In this document: one piece after another, positions 58,860 to 64,000 of the stretch
Position numbering within the stretch: position 1 is the stretch's first letter
How the letters are laid out: every line of letters starts with the position of its first letter
Assembly (NCBI GenBank): GCA_964016885.1
Contig: OZ024742.1
Span: 136,958,001-137,022,000, forward strand
Length of the DNA stretch: 64,000 nucleotides
From: Eledone cirrhosa
Lineage: Eukaryota
Direction: 5' to 3'
Notes under the pieces: generated by a model
Told to the model about the DNA's origin: nothing
The model's input: only the letters and a program-made list of their open reading frames with translations
The model's database searches: none
Translations under genes and position numbers: made by a program

Positions 58860-59530
58860 ACATGAGTTAGGAGTTTCTGTGTTGCTTGATGACCTGATTG
58901 GTATCTTTTAATGAGAGAACTGGTCCCGGACCACCCTGGTGATATTTGAATTTACCAGGGATGCAGTCATACAATGACCCGAAACTTGCCGGGAGTCTTG
59001 TATGATAATAAGACCCTTATTAGTAATAAGTCCCTTATTAGTAGTGAGACCCATATAATCAATTTTGAAGTCTGACTCTTCTTATAGATTGTCCAGGTGT
59101 GGCACCCCATATTAGATTGTAATCATCATGATATGAACTCCTTTAGTACTTATTAATAGACTCCACTCTAATTTGTAGATAAGATACCTAATTTAATTTA
59201 TATATGAGATAGGAGTTTATCTATTGCTTGATGGCCAGACTGGTGTCTTTATATGAGAGAATTGATCTCCGGACCACCCTGGAGATATTCAAATTTGCCA
59301 AGGATTCAGACATACAATGACCCAGAGCTTACCGGGAGTCATATATAATAATAGGACCATGCCAGGTCCTGCGGGTGGAATACACTTACAAAGAACATTG
59401 ATTTGGAGGTCTGACTCTTCTTATAGAATGTTCAGATATGACACCCCTTAATAGAAGGTAATCATCCTGATATATACACCTTTAGTACTTCTTAACAGAC
59501 TACACTGTAACCTATAGATAAGTAAGATAA
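58860..59530 (+). repeat. Diverged tandem duplication (~340-bp unit) in PLE 3' UTR
   Basis: ATGAG.TAGGAGTTT..CCGGACCACCCTGG..CATACAATGACCC..GTCTGACTCTTCTTATAGA..CCTTTAGTACTT occurs twice. Confidence 0.8.
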
Positions 59531-60501
59531 TCTAGAAATTAGTTATAACAGCATATGATAGGCACTTATTTGAAACACCATTAATGTAATTTAGAATAAT
59601 AAAATTAACTAAGAAAACCAGCTAGTTACCCCCCCTTACGCATTAACTCCCCTTGGTCACACGCACACTTCCGGAATATAATATCATCACACAAAACTAA
59701 ACAACATGATCTATTAATTAAGAATCGACAAGATATGGTTTATAACTTGGTTATATGTTGAACCATCGTGGATTATATGATAGACCCGTGGTCTATATAC
59801 TGCGTCTCATGGATTATGTGAGTGTTGGTGTGCGCGAAGACAGTGGTACCGTTTTGCCTACGCTATAATATGTTTTATAATATGTTTGATATTTTTGATA
59901 TTTTGGTGTTTCTCTACATTAGGGATTGTATATCATACAGGTGTATGCGAAAAAATGATTTAACAATTCAGCCCACATAATAATATGGATTGCCTGCTTC
60001 AACTGCCTGACCCTGCAAGTAACAATCTGCCGCACTCTAATCCTGTATAAATAAGACACGCGTGCATGCTACAGGTGAGATTGTTTCATACACTGACTAC
60101 TCTAAACTTTCCTCTTGCTTTATCTTCATAAACTGCCAATGTTTCATTTTTATTTTTATTTTTATTTTTATTTTTATTTTTATTTTTATTTTTATTTTTA
60201 TTTTTATTTTTATTTTTATTTTTATTTTTATTTTTATTTTTATTTTTATTTTTATTTTTATTTTTATTTTTATTTTTATTTTTATTTTTATTTTTATTTT
60301 TATTTTTATTTTTATTTTTATTTTTATTTTTATTTTTATTTTTATTTTTATTTTTATTTTTATCCTTTAACCTTTATATGTAAATTGCCATGCTATATCA
60401 TTTTGATGGATGTCATCCCACTGTGGGTCAATATATGCATATGTTTTTATATGTCTCTTGTGTTGAAAAGGAAGTCAAGTATGTTATAGATCACTAAATA
60501 G

Positions 60502-60550
60502 TTGCTCCGAAGAATCCAAACCTCGGTTTGGAGGAAACAATTGTAAGCAA
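60502..60550 (+). ncRNA. Type I hammerhead, CCGAAGA core, in PLE 3' terminus
   Basis: TTGCT-CCGAAGA-aTCCAAACC tc GGTTTGGAg-GAAA-CAATTG-TA-AGCAA. Confidence 0.78.
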
Positions 60551-60581
60551 ATAAATGATTTAAACTGAACTTTGATTATTG

Positions 60582-60696
<115 letters not shown>

Positions 60697-60732
60697 TACA
60701 CGGGTGACTATAATTGTGTATAGAAGATTATA

Positions 60733-61107
60733 TTAATAAGAGGAATTCCAACTTTGTATGATCTACTCGTTTTATTTACAATCCTTTAAAATTTATAATG
60801 GTATTATAATGAAATAGTATGATAGAATATTAAATGTTAAGTGTTAATTGTACAAGTACTTTCATGCTTTCCCAATCTTCAGGTTCATAATGTGTAGTAA
60901 CAGTCATGTTTGCAATTTTCACAGTTGAAAATTGCAAACTTGACTGTCACCACACATTATGAACCTGAAGATTGCGAAAGCATGAAAGTACTTGTACAAT
61001 TAACACTTAACATTTAATATTCTATCATACTATTTCATTATAATACCATTATAAATTTTAAAGGATTGTAAATAAAACGAGTAAATCAGACAAAATTGGA
61101 ATTCCTC

Positions 61108-61112
<5 letters not shown>
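60733..61112. mobile_element. Fold-back element, ~190-bp arms
   Basis: Turn at TTGCAATTTTCA-CAGT-TGAAAATTGCAA; (TA)n on both sides. Confidence 0.85.
60960..60998 (+). ncRNA. Minimal type I hammerhead (mirror 60849-60887, -)
   Basis: TGAAC-CTGAAGA-tTGC gaaa GCAt-GAAA-GTAC-TT-GTACA. Confidence 0.8.
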
Positions 61113-61170
<58 letters not shown>

Positions 61171-61173
<3 letters not shown>

Positions 61174-62190
61174 TGGGGGAACACTGGAAGGTAATATCCG
61201 TAGTGGTAGAGGACTCAGTCCAAGGGACGAGTTAATTAGAAGTGATTACACAACAGTTAGTTCACCATACCGAGAACAATTGTTTCACCTTCGCGGATCT
61301 TCAGCCCAGGATGTGTATGGTTATAGGAACAGGAAGGACAACCATACGAACGCGCATGCGCAGAAACTCGGTCACTTAACACAGGCAATACTAGACTGCG
61401 TGCGGGAGGTGTAAAGGAGGTAACTGCGTAAGTCCGGAAAATTTTTAGGTTGAAAATAAAACAAAAAAAAAATAAAAAAATAAATTACAAAGAATCAGAC
61501 CGGACCCTTGTAGTTATGTAATAGATGTTTGGTGACGTGTGGACAACGTGTGAAAAATTCACTTCTCGTGTTTAGCCAATCACTATTGCGTATTCTCTTC
61601 AGGATTGTTATTCGTTCGTCAATACATAAGCCACACGTCGGATTTTTACTTGCGTATGGCTTGGACTTAGTGTTGACTTTCCATCGAATGGAGTAGCCTA
61701 TACTTGAGTTCTTGAGGGACCATACGTGGCTCGCGAATTTCGTGGATGAAAGTCTGTCCGTGTATCTGAAGGTAGACTGGTGGTTCAGGAAACGCTCCTT
61801 GAATCGGCCCTCCGCCATGCCCACCTAGGATTTGACCTCCTGTGGTTCGTTTGGTCGGTTGGAAGTGACCACAGCTTCATAGATTACAGCTGGTGTGTTG
61901 CATTGCTGTTGAAGGGGGCAAGCTTCAGGCTTACGGCAAGAGCACCCTGGTGGGGGTGTTGCTCCTAGGGCTGCTGGTGATGTGGGCCTTCATGTTCTTA
62001 GTGCAGGAGTATCCTAGTTAAACTTTGTGTCAGTTAAAGATGGAGCAGCGGTATTTATGACCTATGGGGAAGTGTCTATGTAAGAGGGCTAGAAATATTT
62101 TTCCTACATTGGTTTTAACGTTGAGTGAGAAGGGAGGAGAGAACCAGATAGTTTGTCTATTGGTGCGCTCACTTTTCTTAATGGTGTTGT
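61171..62190 (-). mobile_element. 5'-truncated PLE (linker, GIY-YIG, 3' UTR with family D hammerhead at 61270-61309)
   Basis: [70 protein letters not shown]; (TA)n at both ends. Confidence 0.9.
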
Positions 62191-62314
<124 letters not shown>

Positions 62315-62346
62315 AGAAAAACCACAGGCCCTCCATCTCAACTCTA

Positions 62347-62382
62347 CTTTTGAAAAGCAGAAGAACTGCGAAACCGGTAAAG
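62347..62382 (+). ncRNA. Hammerhead-like motif, U3-A8 variant (family F, element 62312-62450)
   Basis: CTT-TTGAAAA-GCAG aagaa CTGC-GAAA-CCGG-TA-AAG. Confidence 0.6.
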
Positions 62383-62505
62383 GAACCAAATAAATATATA
62401 TATTTTAAACAAAAATAAGACTCCAGTTGCATTTTCGATTCTAACTTTTATATATATATATATATATATATGCAAACCGCCAGAGATTCGATTTTACTGA
62501 TTTCC

Positions 62506-63385
<880 letters not shown>

Positions 63386-63414
63386 TTTTATATATATATA
63401 TATATATACATATA

Positions 63415-63900
63415 TATAGAATTCACAAGAAACAAAGCTATATACAAAGCATTTATTCACTTACAATTGTTTCATCCAAACCTATCTGTGTTATCTGCGA
63501 ATGTATTTTAATTTTGATTTTGATTTTAACTTTGATTTTGATTTTGAATTTGAATTGCTGTACAAAAATATTATAGTATAATATATGTCACTCTACTGTA
63601 CATCAATATATATATATATATATATGTATGTCTCTTGCGTTGGAAAGGAGGTCAATTATATGTACACGCCTGGGTTTGGAAAAAAAAATTGTAAGTGAAT
63701 AAATGCTTTGAACATAGCTTTGATTCTTATGAATTCTATATAACTGCTCTGTAGAACAACTCGTGTTATTACATTGAGCTATTTATCTTACTGGTAATAA
63801 GGTAGTAATATATGACTGACCTTCACTGTTCAAGGTTTAACATATACATTAATATAAACAGTTTTAATATATACATAACCATAAATAGTATCCTTAATAT
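63415..63900 (+). mobile_element. Older family E terminus with inverted short arm
   Basis: 63625-63900 is similar to the reverse complement of 55845-56150; 63415-63482 is inverted against ~63673-63740. Confidence 0.7.
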
Positions 63901-63945
<45 letters not shown>

Positions 63946-64000
63946 GGATAATCCATGCGGAAATCCATTTAAAAGAAAGACTTTATATATATATATATAT

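Noticed and set aside
58960-59005. GAAACTTGCCGGGAGTC as a hammerhead half
   Set aside because: No correctly placed CUGANGA box or stem II, and GAAA is not conserved in the second repeat unit.

Overview
Animal genomic DNA that is AT-rich, repeat-saturated and has no host exon I can support. The SINE family and the dense (TA)n/(CA)n/(GA)n microsatellites suggest an octopus or other coleoid cephalopod (inference). Almost all entries in the ORF track are microsatellite artefacts. The real coding remnants are retroelements: Penelope-like elements (PLEs; RT plus GIY-YIG, three with a CxCx5C linker motif, one with a 471-aa open ORF at 57090-58505), a near-complete RTE LINE (22848-25504), two R4/Dong-like LINEs beside (CATA)n, and two L1/Tx1-like fragments. 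There are also about 10 tRNA-type SINEs and a Tigger-like MITE. The main unexplained structure is about 23 type I hammerhead ribozyme motifs (counted by eye, about 15 unrelated families). They lie in PLE 3' termini and in short non-coding elements that nearly all sit in (TA)n tracts. Many of these elements are head-to-head fold-back palindromes or partial tandems, and several carry recurrent non-canonical cores (U3-A8 covariation, A4/C4, U-U at the base of stem II). Coordinates were read by eye; element boundaries are approximate to tens of bases.
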